From Candidatus Marinacidobacterales bacterium (GTDB lineage: Bacteria; Acidobacteriota; Vicinamibacteria; Marinacidobacterales; DATDRI01), in assembly GCA_965219415.1 (NCBI GenBank), contig CBDCNP010000002.1, positions 4,128,001 to 4,192,000 on the forward strand: a stretch of DNA of 64,000 nucleotides, given 5' to 3'. The stretch's first letter is position 1. Every line of letters begins with the position of its first letter. Below, in pieces: positions 43,993-55,848 of the stretch. The notes below the pieces were generated by a model, which had not been told where the DNA came from, made no database searches, and saw only the letters and a list, made by a program, of their open reading frames with translations. Both the position numbers and the translations under genes were made by a program.

Positions 43993-45435
43993 ATGGAATG
44001 GACTCCTCCACTGACATAGACGGCATCGATGTGCCAAAGTCAGTCGAATACGCATCGAAAAGGAGGAGTCCAAATGAAAGATACGACAATCGCTGTGGAT
44101 CTTGCAAAGAACGTCTTCGAGATTGCCATCTCGGGAGAAGCGGGGAAGGTGTCCAAGCAACTCCGTGTGAGTCGACCCAAATTGGTGTCGTTCTTTGCCA
44201 AACAGAGCGCTGCCACCGTGCTTCTCGAAGCCTGCGGCTCGGCTCACTTCTGGGCAAGGACGTTCCGAAGGTTGGGACACGACGTCGTCCTGCTCCCACC
44301 TCACCTCGTGAGGCCGTATCGACGCGGGAGCAAGAACGACCGCGCCGACACGAAGGCGTTGCTCGAGGCCTACAGGAACGAGGAGCTTCTTCCCGTACCC
44401 ATCAAGTCCGTGCACCAGCACACCCTCGCTGCGCTCCATCGCCTGCGCTCAGGATGGCTCTCCACACGGACCGCACGCATCAATGCCGTACGCGGGCTCC
44501 TGCGCGAACTCGGATTCATCATCCCAAAGGGCGCTCACTTCGTCGTGCCCGCCCTCTTCGAACTCGTCGAAGACGCTGATTCTGATTTGCCCGACGTGCT
44601 CCGTTCGCATCTCCGTGATGCCTGCTCCGAGATTCGAGAACTCAAGGACAAGTGCGCTAGCATCGAGCACGAGCTCAAGGCGCTCACCAAGCAGCTTCCT
44701 GAAGTCCAACGACTTCTCGCCATTCCCGGCATCGGACTTCTGGCCGCGACCGCCATCGTGGGCTTCGTCGGCGATCTTCGCCGCTTCCCATCGGGGCGCC
44801 GCTTCTCGAGCTACCTCGGCCTAGTTCCCAAGGAAAACTCCAGTGGCGACATTCGCCGCCTCGGACGCATCACCAAGCGTGGCGACTCCTACCTCCGTAT
44901 GCTCCTCACCCAGGGCGGGCGCGCCGTGCTCCGCGCGGCGAACGTCAGCAAGAGCCCGCCCGACAAGCTCCGCGCCTGGGCTCGGAAGGTCCACCGCTCG
45001 CGGGGACACAACAAGGCCGTGATTGCTGTCGCCAACAAACTCGCCCGGATCGTCTGGGCCGTCTCCACCCGCGAGAGTGAATTCCAGTCGCCGGTGGCCG
45101 CTTAGATTTAGAGGCTCCACTTTCGTGTTTTCCTTTTTCCCTTCCAAAAGAGGCTGCGACGATACCCATCCAACTGATGGCGTACCGGTCGGACCGGCGC
45201 GGGGTCAAGCCAATAGCAACACTGGCCCTAAGAGGTCGTTCAAAGTGATTGGCTCCTCGCGCGCGGATTTTCCATCATGGCCCGGAGCACCCAAGACGCT
45301 CCTCACTGAGGCCGAAGATACGTTTGCAGTCTGACCCACTCGTCACGACGCGATGGATGCGCAGCTTCGATGGAAGATTTATTAAGAAAGGGGCGTGACT
45401 AGAAAGAAAGGGGCTTGACTAGAGGAGTCCAGATA
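43993..45435 (+). mobile_element. IS110-family IS1111-group element inserted in a MITE C2 TIR
   Basis: Tnp 44074..45105 (AVDLAK, LEAC, KNDRAD, SSG...GRITKRGD); subterminal IRs tggactcctc / gaggagtcca; TG core on both sides. Confidence 0.9.
45140..45335 (+). ncRNA. putative seekRNA/bridge RNA of the IS1111 element
   Basis: Downstream non-coding region carries a target match (tagcaacact) and a donor-junction match (ttccatcat); boundaries approximate. Confidence 0.7.
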
Positions 45436-45664
45436 TGTTGCTACGCCATGTTTGAATGCTAGTGTCAGCTGGCCTGCCTGTGTCGGCGAATGCCATTAAT
45501 TAAGGATGTCGGCGTGCACACCAAGGTGTCTCTGAACGTCAGGCACCGTGTGGTCAGCCCAGCCCGCATCGTCGAAAGAACTGCGTCTCTCGAAATCGGG
45601 CCCCCAAACTCTAGCACACGAGCAGGTTACGCGGCAGCCACCAACACTTAGTGGCGGAAGCACC
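45436..45664. mobile_element. remainder of MITE C2 (begins at 43973)
   Basis: tgttgctacgcc...gcggaagcacc. Confidence 0.85.
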
Positions 45665-45694
45665 CAAAATAGCGCTCATGACGCTGCTTCCGCC

Positions 45695-45796
45695 GGTGCT
45701 TCCGCCATTAAGTGTTGGTAAAATGACGCTAAGACTTTACGGTGCATTAAATTACAGCCATGGTCTTTCAAAAGGGCCGAGTTTTGGCACAGGACG
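45695..45796. repeat. chimeric linker C1 + A
   Basis: Inverted copy of 34519-34620. Confidence 0.88.
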
Positions 45797-45914
45797 GGGT
45801 ACCCCCGCCGTAGTCTCGCGGGTGCGCCGCGTGGAGATCGATCGCGAGTACCGCAAGAAGAAGGAAGGCCACACTGCGTCTGATCATGCACCGGTGTTCG
45901 CGGATCTGGATTGA
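45797..45914 (+). pseudogene. exodeoxyribonuclease III C-terminal fragment
   Basis: IDREYRK....ASDHAPVFADL. Confidence 0.65.
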
Positions 45915-46189
45915 CCAGAGTTTATGGCAATCGTTGGTCGAGGCCGGAAAGCGCCTTGCCTACGAGGGAAATATCAGCGAAGACGATGAAATTGTGGCTG
46001 GACAGAAGACGCTACGGGCGCTGACTGAATACCGAGATGACATTGCGCACTGGTGGACGGACACCTGTAGCCCGTCAGAGCATTTCGCACAGAATCCCCC
46101 GCTTCGCTAAGGTTCTCCCGACAGCCCCTATGCACCGGCTCTGGCAACCCAGAATCGCGGTCGCTCACTCGTGTTGACCATGTGCGATG

Positions 46190-46502
46190 CAAGCATGGGG
46201 CCGGCAGACCGGAGACTAATCAAGTTCGGGGCCCGCGGATGAATAAATAGAAGGCACAACCGTCGGAATCGGTCGCGATGCCAACGGGCCACGGTGTTCG
46301 CGTGGACGATGAGCAGGCGGCTCGCCCACACGGGCCACGAACCTCGAAGGGCAACCCAGAAAGCCCGTTCCGTGTCTTCGAGCGGTGGGCGTGGGCGCTC
46401 TTTCTTCAGCGCCGTCACTTGCTGCCGCAAAGCAACGTTCTCCAACACCAGGTCGGCGCGGCGCCGACACATCGCCCGAATGGCACGGACGACGCGGAAC
46501 AA
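46190..46502 (-). mobile_element. rve transposase N-terminal fragment cut by end B (46258)
   Basis: LVLENVALRQQ...RWHRDRFR; gaaggcaca at 46258. Confidence 0.7.
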
Positions 46503-46509
46503 ACCTATG

Positions 46510-47319
46510 CTATTGGGGTTTTCGACCTACGAATTCGCTCGTTGACGCGCTGATTCCCATAAATCGGGCTATGGCATCGAACCAGGAGGTCGGTAGTAGT
46601 CGGATCAAAGGGATGCTCTGAACCATGAGCGGGGTGTGAAGCTGGGCGCGATTCGTCTCGATCGCCCGGAGGATTTTGTCGACGACCTTCTGTTCTTTCA
46701 AGATCGGCAGCAAGAACGAGAATCGCGTCTTCACGCCTTCGAACATCCCAGTGTCGATGTAGTACGGGCACACGACGGTGGTGCGGATGGCCGAGCCCCG
46801 CTGTTTCAGCTCGACGCGGAGCGATTCGTCGAGCCCGACCGCGGCGAACTTGGTGGCGCAATAGTCGGTCAAACGGGGCACGCCGATGAGCCCCGCGGCC
46901 GATGCGATGGTGACGATGTGACCCCGGTTCCGCTCGATCATCGACGGAAGGAAGGCTTTGATCATCCAAAAGAGCGAGTGGGTATTGACCGTCAAGCTCT
47001 TTTCGATCTGCTCGTCGGGGATCTCGAGGAGGCTCTTACCGCTGACCACGCCGGCGTTATTAACGAGGATGTCGACGGGCTCGGGGATGGCCTTGGCGGC
47101 GGCGTAGACCGTGCTTCGGTCGGACACGTCGCACACGACGCTCAGGGCGCTCGCGCCAAGAGCTTCGACCTCGTCGACGACAATGTCGAGGCCGGCGCCA
47201 TCAATATCCCAAAGATACAGCGCCTCGCCGCCGCGCTTGGCGATACCCAACGCCATCAGGCGGCCGAGGCCGCTCGCGGCACCGGTTACCACCACGTGGG
47301 CGCCCCGAAGCTCGGTCAT
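46510..47319 (-). CDS. SDR family oxidoreductase (retinol dehydrogenase-like)
   Basis: TGAASGLG, NNAGV, DYCATK, CPYYIDTGMF. Confidence 0.9.
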   Translation of the reverse strand: MTELRGAHVVVTGAASGLGRLMALGIAKRGGEALYLWDIDGAGLDIVVDEVEALGASALSVVCDVSDRSTVYAAAKAIPEPVDILVNNAGVVSGKSLLEIPDEQIEKSLTVNTHSLFWMIKAFLPSMIERNRGHIVTIASAAGLIGVPRLTDYCATKFAAVGLDESLRVELKQRGSAIRTTVVCPYYIDTGMFEGVKTRFSFLLPILKEQKVVDKILRAIETNRAQLHTPLMVQSIPLIRLLPTSWFDAIARFMGISASTSEFVGRKPQ

Positions 47320-47395
47320 GGGGAGCGATTCTATCTTCCATACTGGCGCTTTTATACTGGCGCTTTGCCGATACGGGTTCTCCTGGCGAGTGATT

Positions 47396-47667
47396 GAGTT
47401 TTGGCACAGGACGCGGACGCAACACTATCAAGAGGGTCCTCGCCGAGCACGGTATCGCTGCTGCGCCGGAGCGGGGCAGGAGCATGTCGTGGAGCACCTT
47501 CATCAAGGCTCCGTAGGCGAGTGCGTTTGCTTTCTTACTGGCTTCTTTGATTTCCTAGGCATTGGTGGCTCCTTGTCCCCCTCTGGAGACGGTTTATTGG
47601 CAGACCTATTCTTAGGCCGGCCAAGGAGCCGCCGCTACCCCAAATTCAACATCCGGCGGGACATCCC
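47396..47667. mobile_element. end A remnant, A-transposase scrap and IS256 left end (47512-47667)
   Basis: 47512-47667 is the reverse complement of ~7515-7670. Confidence 0.8.
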
Positions 47668-47754
47668 CGTTGATTGCGGGCAAGCAGGCTGTCTTCCTTC
47701 ACGCCTTGACGATGGTTTGCCGGTCAACGGTCAAGTCACTCTAAATGGACGACA

Positions 47755-49167
47755 TCAAAGTTCGTCGTTCTCTTCCGGCATGAGGACGAACTCCGGATAC
47801 GCCTCTATCCCCAGCTCCGCGGCATCCTGACCCAACTGCTCGACTCGATCCGACACGCGGATGCCGAGCGTTATAGCCAAACCCTTCCAGAGCAGGCACG
47901 AAAGGATGAAGACGAACACCCCGATGGCCACGATGCCCAGCAACTGCACCCAGATGCTGCCGTCGCCGAAGATGCTGGCCGCCAGCGTGCCCCAGACGCC
48001 CGCAAACAGGTGCGCCGGGACGGCTCCGACCACGTCGTCCACCCGGAGTTTTTCCAGCAGCTTCATGGCGGCCGTGCAGAGGATGCCCCCGATTGCGCCG
48101 ATCAGGATCGCCCAGTGGTGCCCGACCAGTCCGGGGCCGGCCGTAATCGAGACCAAGCCCGCGATGGCACCGTTCAAGCCGACGAGCAGTTCGACCCGCC
48201 CCAGAAGTGGGCGCGACATGGCGATGGCTGCGATGACGCCGGCCGCGCCGGCTAGGTTCGTGTTGACCAGCACATGGCTCATCGCCACCACGTCGGCGGC
48301 GCTTCCCAGCGCTAGCTGCGAACCACCGTTGAAGCCGAACCAGCCGAACCAGAGAATGAACACTCCCAGGGTGACCATCGGAATGTTGGACGGCGGCGTC
48401 GGCTTCGTGGTTCCGTCTCTCCGGAACTTACCGCGACGCGGTCCGATCATCAGCGCGCCCGCCAGCGCCGCCCATCCGCCGGTGCCGTGCACGATGGTCG
48501 ACCCGGCGAAGTCCTGGAACCCCAGCTGGTGCAGCCATCCCCCGCCCCAGGTCCAGGCACCCACAATCGGATAGATGAACGCCGTCAGCACCAGCGTGAA
48601 GATGAAGAAAGACCAGATCTTGACGCGCTCGGCCAACGCCCCCGATACGATCGAGGCCGCGGTCGCCACGAAGACCATCTGGAAGAACCAGTCCGACATC
48701 ACCGCGTACCCGTTGGCGATCACCGCAGCCTGCGTATCCGCGTCCGCCTGTCCTCCCAGCAGCGCGGCCTCCTCGGGCGACGGGCCGTAGAAGAGGGTGA
48801 ACGACCCGATCCATCGCCCGACATCGACGTACATCAGGTTGTAGCCGATAACGTAGAACGCGATCCCGGCGATCGCATACAGGCCGATGTTCTTGAGGCA
48901 GATGACCGACGCGTTCTTCGTGCGCACCGATCCGGACTCGAGCATGGTGAATCCGGCGGCCATCCACATCACCAAACCGCCCCATATAAGAAAGGAAAGC
49001 GTATTGAAAATAAACCTGGTCTCGTCGGTTACCTGTGCGTATGTTGGAGTCGGGATCGCCAGCAGCACCAGCATCACAGTGAAACTCGAAGCAAAGATGG
49101 CCCTGCGCCGCAATCGGCCCGAACTTCTACGAGCCCTGGCAAGTCCTAGCATTTCTTCTCCTTCCAT
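47755..49167 (-). CDS. amtB: ammonium transporter
   Basis: FFQMVF.ATAASIVSGA.AER, DFAGSTIVH, LWFGWFGFNGGS, VDD.VGA.P.H; start codon uncertain. Confidence 0.93.
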   Translation of the reverse strand: MEGEEMLGLARARRSSGRLRRRAIFASSFTVMLVLLAIPTPTYAQVTDETRFIFNTLSFLIWGGLVMWMAAGFTMLESGSVRTKNASVICLKNIGLYAIAGIAFYVIGYNLMYVDVGRWIGSFTLFYGPSPEEAALLGGQADADTQAAVIANGYAVMSDWFFQMVFVATAASIVSGALAERVKIWSFFIFTLVLTAFIYPIVGAWTWGGGWLHQLGFQDFAGSTIVHGTGGWAALAGALMIGPRRGKFRRDGTTKPTPPSNIPMVTLGVFILWFGWFGFNGGSQLALGSAADVVAMSHVLVNTNLAGAAGVIAAIAMSRPLLGRVELLVGLNGAIAGLVSITAGPGLVGHHWAILIGAIGGILCTAAMKLLEKLRVDDVVGAVPAHLFAGVWGTLAASIFGDGSIWVQLLGIVAIGVFVFILSCLLWKGLAITLGIRVSDRVEQLGQDAAELGIEAYPEFVLMPEENDEL

Positions 49168-49226
49168 CCGATTCGGGTGTACGAACGCCTTCTAGGAAGT
49201 TGTACGGCCGGCCAACCTGCTGGAAA

Positions 49227-49404
49227 GGTGCTTCCTCCATTAAGTGTTGGTTAGATGACGCTAAGACTTTACGGTGCATTAAATTACAGCCAACATAGCG
49301 CTCACAACCTTCGCCGCGCGCTAAATGGAACGTAAGCGCCTTTTTTGCAAAGAGATGCGTACACATCACCAACAGCAAACAGCGCAAGCACTGGCGGAAG
49401 CACC
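49227..49404. mobile_element. IS1-derived MITE C1 plus an extra C-end remnant
   Basis: Inverted copy of 21333-21498. Confidence 0.8.
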
Positions 49405-49469
49405 ACCGGGAACACCGTTTGGAGCCACCTACCACCAACGCCCGCTCGTCCCTTCCCGTGCATGTCTGC

Positions 49470-49860
49470 GGGATGTGTCCCGAGGTCCGTGGAAAAAGAA
49501 CAGCGCCCTCCACTCCGTCATCAGAGTATCAGATCAGGCGGCAACCTGCGCGTGTTCGAGAACCTCGCTCAGATGTTGGTAGCCGTCGATGCGTCGTAGT
49601 TGAATCTGGCCAGAGGCGATAAGCCCAAATAGCAAAGCGACCGCGGACTCCTCGCTGGAGAACGACGCTTGGGTTTTCGTCCGGCGTCGAAACTCGCGGT
49701 TGAGATTCTCCAGAGCATTGGTCGTTCGAATCGATTTCCACATGGCACGAGGGAATTCGTAGAAGGTCAGCAGCTGATTACCGGCCCCCTCTAGGCTTCG
49801 GACGACGCGAGAGGCGTCCACTTGGCGACGAGCTCGCCATAGGCTTTGCGAGCGGCGACC
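49470..49860 (-). mobile_element. second IS256-family element, 3' fragment
   Basis: IRTTNALENLNREFRRRTK; end gggatgtgtc, also at 51171-51298. Confidence 0.8.
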
Positions 49861-49877
49861 TGCCTTGGTGCACAACT

Positions 49878-50121
49878 GGTGCTTCCGCCATCAAGTGTTG
49901 CTACGCCGTGTTTGAATGCTAGTGTCAGCTGGCCTGCCTGTGTCGGCGAACGCCATTGATAAGGATGTCGGCGTGCACACGAAGGCGTCCCTGAACGTCA
50001 GGCACCGTATGGTCAGCCCAGCCCGCATCGCCGAAAGAACTGCGTCTCTCGAAATCAGGCTCAAACTCTAGCACACGAGCGGGTTACGCGGCAGCCACCA
50101 ACACTTAATTGCGGAAGCACC
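49878..50121. mobile_element. IS1-derived MITE C2
   Basis: Copy of 41580-41820. Confidence 0.85.
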
Positions 50122-50214
50122 CAGTGGTCTGGGAAAGCCCCGGGCCGCTGCTCCACCCCTACCCGGGGGCGTCCACTGGGACAACCCCGGAAGGGGACGA
50201 ATACAATGCTTCCG

Positions 50215-50874
50215 CTACTTCGGTTGGGGAACGATCCGGATGTAGGGTAGCGGCGACTGCCAACCGGCAGGATACTTCTTCTTGGCCTCGTCGTCGGACA
50301 CGGCTGGAACAATGATCACGTCGTTGCCCTGTTTCCAATTGACCGGTGTTGCCACCTTGTGGGTCGCTGTGAGTTGGCAGGAGTCTAGGAGGCGGAGGAT
50401 CTCATCGAAGTTGCGGCCCGTGCTCATCGGGTAAGTCAAGGTCGCCTTGATCTTCTTATCGGGGCCGATGATAAACACGGACCGGGCCGTCGCGTTGTCC
50501 GCCGCCGTCCTTCCGGTGGAGGTGTCGCCCTCGTCCGCCGGCAGCATGTCGTAGAGCTTGACGACCTTCAGTTCTGGATCCCCGATCAGCGGATAGTTGA
50601 TCGCGTGTCCCTGGGATGCCTCGATTTCCTTCGACCACCTCTTGTGGTCGCTGACTCCATCGACGCTGATGCCGAGAACCTTGCAGTTGCGCTTTTCGAA
50701 CTCAGGCTTGAGCCCCGCCATATAGCCGAGTTCCGTCGTGCAGACCGGCGTGAAGTCCTTTGGATGCGAGAACAAGATGGCCCAACCTTCGCCAATCCAA
50801 TCATGAAAGTTGACCGTCCCTTCTGTCGTTTCTGCGTTAAAGTTCGGCGCTTCGTCATTGATTCTGAGCGTCAT
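50215..50874 (-). CDS. 1-Cys peroxiredoxin (Prx6 type)
   Basis: FSHPKDFTPVCTTELG, YPMSTGRNFDEILR, ATPVNW. Confidence 0.93.
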   Translation of the reverse strand: MTLRINDEAPNFNAETTEGTVNFHDWIGEGWAILFSHPKDFTPVCTTELGYMAGLKPEFEKRNCKVLGISVDGVSDHKRWSKEIEASQGHAINYPLIGDPELKVVKLYDMLPADEGDTSTGRTAADNATARSVFIIGPDKKIKATLTYPMSTGRNFDEILRLLDSCQLTATHKVATPVNWKQGNDVIIVPAVSDDEAKKKYPAGWQSPLPYIRIVPQPK

Positions 50875-51170
50875 AATTCCCTCCAGAGCATGTGAACGAC
50901 CCGTTAACCGGTTTGAATGTGAAAAATCTAAGGCGATGACCGTTGTTGAAATACTCGATTCAACTCGGCTCCCAAGACAGCCTCCTCCTGAAGACTCGAC
51001 AGACCTGGGTAGCCCGGAACTGCCAAGAGAGAGTTCGTCCCCAAGGTGCTTAGTCTCAGATCCCAAACGCTATGAAGTACGGTTGCACGCTTAAATGCTA
51101 CTCAGTTTCAACGGGTCGGACAAGTGCAATCGCGCGTCGGGTGCAGAAGGAGCACACTTTCTTAATTATT

Positions 51171-52247
51171 GGGATGTGTCCCGAGGTCCGTGGAAAAAGA
51201 ACGGCACCCTCCACTCCGTCATCAGAGTATCATATCAGGCGGCAACCTCCGCGTGTTCGAGAACCTCGCTCAGACGTTGGTAGCCGTCGATGCGTCGTCG
51301 TCCTGTGCCAAAACTCGGCCCTTTTGAAATAGGCCATAAATCAGCAGCTTAGTGTCTGTGTTTGCGACCGGGCCAAGGGCCGTGGGCTTTACAATCGTCT
51401 GGCCCGAGGGTGCTATCTTCAGATCCAGTACCATCCATTGACCACCAGCAGGGCCACCGGCAACCACCGCCGCACGCCGCTAGCGACCGCACTTCCTGGA
51501 TTAGCTGCCGGAAGAGAGAGCAAGCCGGTTTCCCGCATCGCCGAGCCATTCATCCAGTTTCGACCACCGCCGCCGTCCCGAGACATTGCGCACGGCGATG
51601 GCCACAGCCTTCTTCTGGCCGACCAACCCATTCGACGGCTTTCTGCGCGGCAAGCGATTCCTCATCCTGGAACCGCGACAAGAAGTTCACCACGGAGTTT
51701 CGCGATTTGCTCGAGCACGCCGGAACGGACGTCATTCGGCTGCCGCACCGTTCGCCGAATCTGAACGCTTATGTCGAAAGGTTTGTTTTGTCGATCAAGA
51801 GCGAGTGCTTGGATGCATCATGAACGGGCCACCCGGCCCCGGAGTGATTCCGGCAATGTGCACTTTTCGCGAAGACAGCTCGATGACGACGAGCACATAG
51901 TAGGTCACGAGCCTGCGAACTGTGGCGACCTCGACGGTGAAGAAGTCGGTCGCAGCAACGGTTTCCCAATGGGCGGCGAGAAACGTGCGCCATGGCGTTC
52001 GCTCACTTCGCTCCGGCGCGGGCTCGATGCCATGTTCTCGCAGAACATTGGCGATGGTGCTCCTGGCTACCGTATGGCCGAGATTCGAGAGGGCGCCGCG
52101 AATGCGTGTATACCCCCACCTCGGATTCGACTTCGCCATCCCTACGACAAGCTTGCTAATCTCGGCCATGACCCGGGGCCGTCCGGGCTGTTTCCGCCGC
52201 TCGCTGTAGTCCCACTTCCGCGCAATCAGCCTTCGGTGCCAAGCCAG
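51171..52247. mobile_element. IS256 end, end A (51299) and scrambled A-related transposase fragments on both strands
   Basis: [12 protein letters not shown] (+); [17 protein letters not shown] (-). Confidence 0.75.
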
Positions 52248-53505
52248 TGAAGTGACCCCGCTTTCGTGGACAGGTTAAGAGTTAGGGATCAAGCGTCGCG
52301 ATAGTACCTCCTTTCGAATTGGATAGGCGAGCAATAGTCGATGGCGGAGTGTCGTCGTCGCGGGTTGTACCAGCCTTCGATGAAATCGAAGGTCGCCATG
52401 CGCGCCTCAGCGTGGTAGCGAAACGACCGGCGCTCGATCAGCTCGCACTCGAGCGTCGCGAAGAAGCTCTCGCACATCGCATTGTCGTAACAGTCCCCGA
52501 CCGAACCCATCGACGGTCGCACCCCGGCCTCCCGGCATCGCTGGCCGAACGCTAGTGACGTGTACTGCGTGCCCTGGTCCGAGTGATGGATGACGTCGCC
52601 GGGCTTGCGTTGGAACAGCGCCATGTCGAGGGCGCTCAAGACGAGCGACGTCCGCAGGTGGGTAGCCATTGCCCATCCGACGATGCGTCGGCTGAAGGCG
52701 TCCAGCACGACGGCGAGGAACAAGAAGCCCGACCACGTGGGCACGTAGGTGATATCGGCGACCCACAGGCGGTCGGGCCGGTCCACCTCGAAATTCCTGT
52801 CGACGAGATCGGGGGCGGGACGGGCGTCGTCACAGCGAATCGTAGTGTGCGCCCTCTTGCGCCGGTGAACACCTTGAATGCCAGCCTCGCGCATCAGCCG
52901 CGCTACACGCTTGCGTGAGACGTGGAGCTCGTGTGTCTCTCGTAGCTCGTGGAGAATCCTCGGCGCGCCGTACGTGCTCCGCGACGCGGTGTGAATCGCC
53001 CGGATCTTCTCAAGCAACTCCGCATCCGACACCGCGCGGGCCGACGGGGCACGCTCAAGCCACGCATAGTAGCCGCTGGCGGAGACGTCCAGCAGTCGGC
53101 ACATCGTGGCAACCGGTAGTGAATCCTGGTTCGCCCTCACGAATCGGAAGGCTTCGGTGGTACCGACTCGGTCTCCCGAGCGAACCAGGCCGCGGCTTTT
53201 GAGAGGATCTCCCGCTCCAACCGTAGTTGACGGTTCTCCCGTCGCAGGCGGCGGAGCTCCGCACGCTCCTCACTCGTCAGACCGTCCTGCCTGCGACCCT
53301 CGTCGAGATCCGCCTGGTTCACCCAGTTCCGGATCGTCTGGCCCGAGGGCTCAAACTCTCGCGCCAGCTCTTCAGAGCCGCGGCCAGCTCGCACCAGCTC
53401 TACCATTTGGCGCCGGAACTCGGCCGCGTATCTGTTTCCCTGCTTTGACATCGTGGACTCCTGTCTCCCAAAGGATTAGGTGTCCACGAAAGCGGGTCAA
53501 GTCCA
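52248..53505 (-). mobile_element. IS3-family element, complete
   Basis: TG..CA TIRs; orfA 53137..53451, orfB 52289..53140 (WVADITY, HSDQG, DNAMCESFF); no TSD. Confidence 0.9.
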
Positions 53506-53507
53506 GC

Positions 53508-53631
53508 GGTGCTTCCGCAGTCAAGTGTTGGTGGCCGTTGCGTAACCTGTTCGCGTGCTAGAGTTTTGCCTGATTTCGAGAGGCACAGTTCTTTCGTCGA
53601 TGCCAGCTGGGCCGAGTTTTAGCGCAGGACG
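53508..53631. repeat. chimeric linker C2 end + A
   Basis: Inverted copy of 23880-24004. Confidence 0.85.
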
Positions 53632-53723
53632 AGATGCGGCGGCGGGTCCGTCGTTCACACCATCGATTCTCGAGCCCTAGGTCAGCGAACACGTGGCCGC
53701 TGCACCATGCGATCTGCATCGCT

Positions 53724-54020
53724 TCACACCGACGGATGCGGCTGGTATCGCTCGACGTTGATCCGATCTTCGTCCTTGCGCGCTTGGACGAGATCCCAAG
53801 TGGTCTGTCGGCGCAGCCAGAACTCGGCATTGGACCAGCCCGCCTTCTCAAGCCGAATGGCCATCTCCGGGGAGATGGCCGCGTGGCCGTTCAGAACCCG
53901 CGAGAGGGTGTGACGGGCGACACCCAGCACCTTCGCCGCTTCGGTCACGTTCAAACCGAGCGGGTCCAGGCAGTTCTTGCGGATGCTGCGTCCGGGATGC
54001 GGGGGATTGCTCATCGCCAT
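53724..54020 (-). CDS. higA: HigA family antitoxin
   Basis: [30 protein letters not shown]. Confidence 0.9.
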   Translation of the reverse strand: MAMSNPPHPGRSIRKNCLDPLGLNVTEAAKVLGVARHTLSRVLNGHAAISPEMAIRLEKAGWSNAEFWLRRQTTWDLVQARKDEDRINVERYQPHPSV

Positions 54021-54034
54021 GTTGCTGCCTCCTG

Positions 54035-54313
54035 CTAGTGGTAGTCGATCAGGTCGACATCGTAGGCATCGCCATCTTCGAAGCGGAAGATCACCCGCCA
54101 GTTGCCGGAAATCGAGATGCTCCAGTACCCCTTCAGTCCGCCCTTCAGCGGGTGAAGCCGGTAGCCGGGCAGGTCGAGGTCCGAGGGCTTGCGGGCATCG
54201 TCAAGGTCCGTCAAGGCGAGCGCGACGCGGTCCGCGAGGTCGGGACCCACTCGGCTCGGATCGCCACGCTCGTACATGCGCTTCAGACCACGATGACGAA
54301 ACCTTCGGATCAT
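54035..54313 (-). CDS. higB: HigB/RelE-type toxin (plasmid maintenance killer)
   Basis: [33 protein letters not shown]. Confidence 0.9.
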   Translation of the reverse strand: MIRRFRHRGLKRMYERGDPSRVGPDLADRVALALTDLDDARKPSDLDLPGYRLHPLKGGLKGYWSISISGNWRVIFRFEDGDAYDVDLIDYH

Positions 54314-54358
54314 GAGGGAGTGTACCGCATACCGGTACACATTTCAATTGGGGAATCC

Positions 54359-54536
54359 CGTCCTGTGCCAAAACTCGGCCCTTTTGAAATAGCCCATAAA
54401 TCAGCAACTTAGAGTCTGTGTTTGCGGCCGTGCCCAGGGCCGAGCGCGAACAAACGACGAAATCATGCAGGCATAGTCCCGGCAGATCGGAGACCGATCA
54501 GGTTCGGGGCGCGCGGATGAATAAATAGAAGGCACA
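54359..54536. repeat. chimeric linker A + B
   Basis: Copy of 38390-38567. Confidence 0.88.
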
Positions 54537-55678
54537 GGCCAGCGCTATTCGCGCTTGCCGGCAGAGGAGTGAGGAGCTCGTTGCCGAGACCTTGGTGGTT
54601 CCGTTCTGTGTGATAGTGCACTACGTATTCGGTTACCGCTGTGCGCAGGTGTCGCTCACTGAGAGGTACGAAGCGGTCGAGACACTCTCGACGTATGGAG
54701 AGAACGAATCTTTCCGCGTATGCGTTCAGATTCGGACTGTTCGCTGGAAGGCGGAGGGGCTTCACACCTGAATCTCTCAAGAGCCCACGTACCGCCTCGG
54801 TGAATAGCGGGTTCCCGGTCGTGGATGAGGTACCGCTTGCCAAGGAGGAAACCATCCCACAGGTCAGTGAGGTTTCTTGCCGCCTGCTTCATCCACTCCC
54901 CGTTTGGGTCCGAGGTCATCCCACCGATGCATACGCAGCGAGTGGCGATATCGATGACAAACAGGACATGGTAGCGGACGAGCCCGAACGGGTTCACCAC
55001 CTCGACGGTGAACAGGTCTGTCGCAGCGATGGCGCCCCAATGAGCCTTGAGGAAAGTGCTCCACGACATGCTCTTGCCCCGCTCCGGAGCCGGCGCGATA
55101 CCGTGCTCGGCGAGGAGCCTCTTGAATGGTGTTGCGTCCGAGTTCATGTCCGAGGTTCTTGAGTGCACCCCGCAGGCGCGTATATCCCCACGTCGGGTTC
55201 TCCTGCGCCACGCGCACAATGAGCTCACGGATGTCCTTCGCCGTCGGAGGTCGGCCTGGGCTCCGGTTCTTGCTGCCATCGTACTTGGCTGCGATGAGGC
55301 AGCGGTACCAGCGCAGGAGCGTAGCGGGTGTGGCAACCGACGCAATCTGGGCCAGCGCCTCGCGGCCTAAAGCTTGGGCCTTGACCGCGAGCCTGCGCCG
55401 GTCGTCGTCCGAGAGACTGAGACGCTTGCCCCGAAGCTCGGCTCGGAGCACACGGTTCTCCTCTTGCAGGTAGTCGATCACATCCTGCTGCTGGCGGTTG
55501 ACCCAGCCAGCCAGAACGAGCAGCAGGAATTGCACGTGGTAGGTCATCATGGGTCTGAAGATAACACCCTCGGGCCAGACGATTGTAAAGCCCACGGCCC
55601 TTGGCCCGGTCGCAAACACAGACACTAAGCTGCTGATTTATGGCCTATTTCAAAAGGGCTGAGTTTTGGCACAGGACG
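54537..55678 (-). mobile_element. element A second copy, 3'-truncated and frameshifted
   Basis: Near-identical to 450-1590; end A at 55678. Confidence 0.88.
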
Positions 55679-55848
55679 CGGGACCGACTAGGCGCTAGTA
55701 GCCGACTTCACGGCCGTGGTGACGTTGCGTTTACTTCGTCCTCGTCCGATAGAATGCTCTGCCAAATTGTTCACCGACCAGCTGGTCTCGGAACCAGTTT
55801 TCGGGGGGAGGTCCGCCGGATTTTCCTAAAGATTAAAGGTCGAGCGAT

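Noticed and set aside
45384-45424. Tandem ~20-bp duplication aagaaaggggc(g/t)tgactaga
   Set aside because: Two units only, inside the IS1111 right end; most simply a slippage duplication
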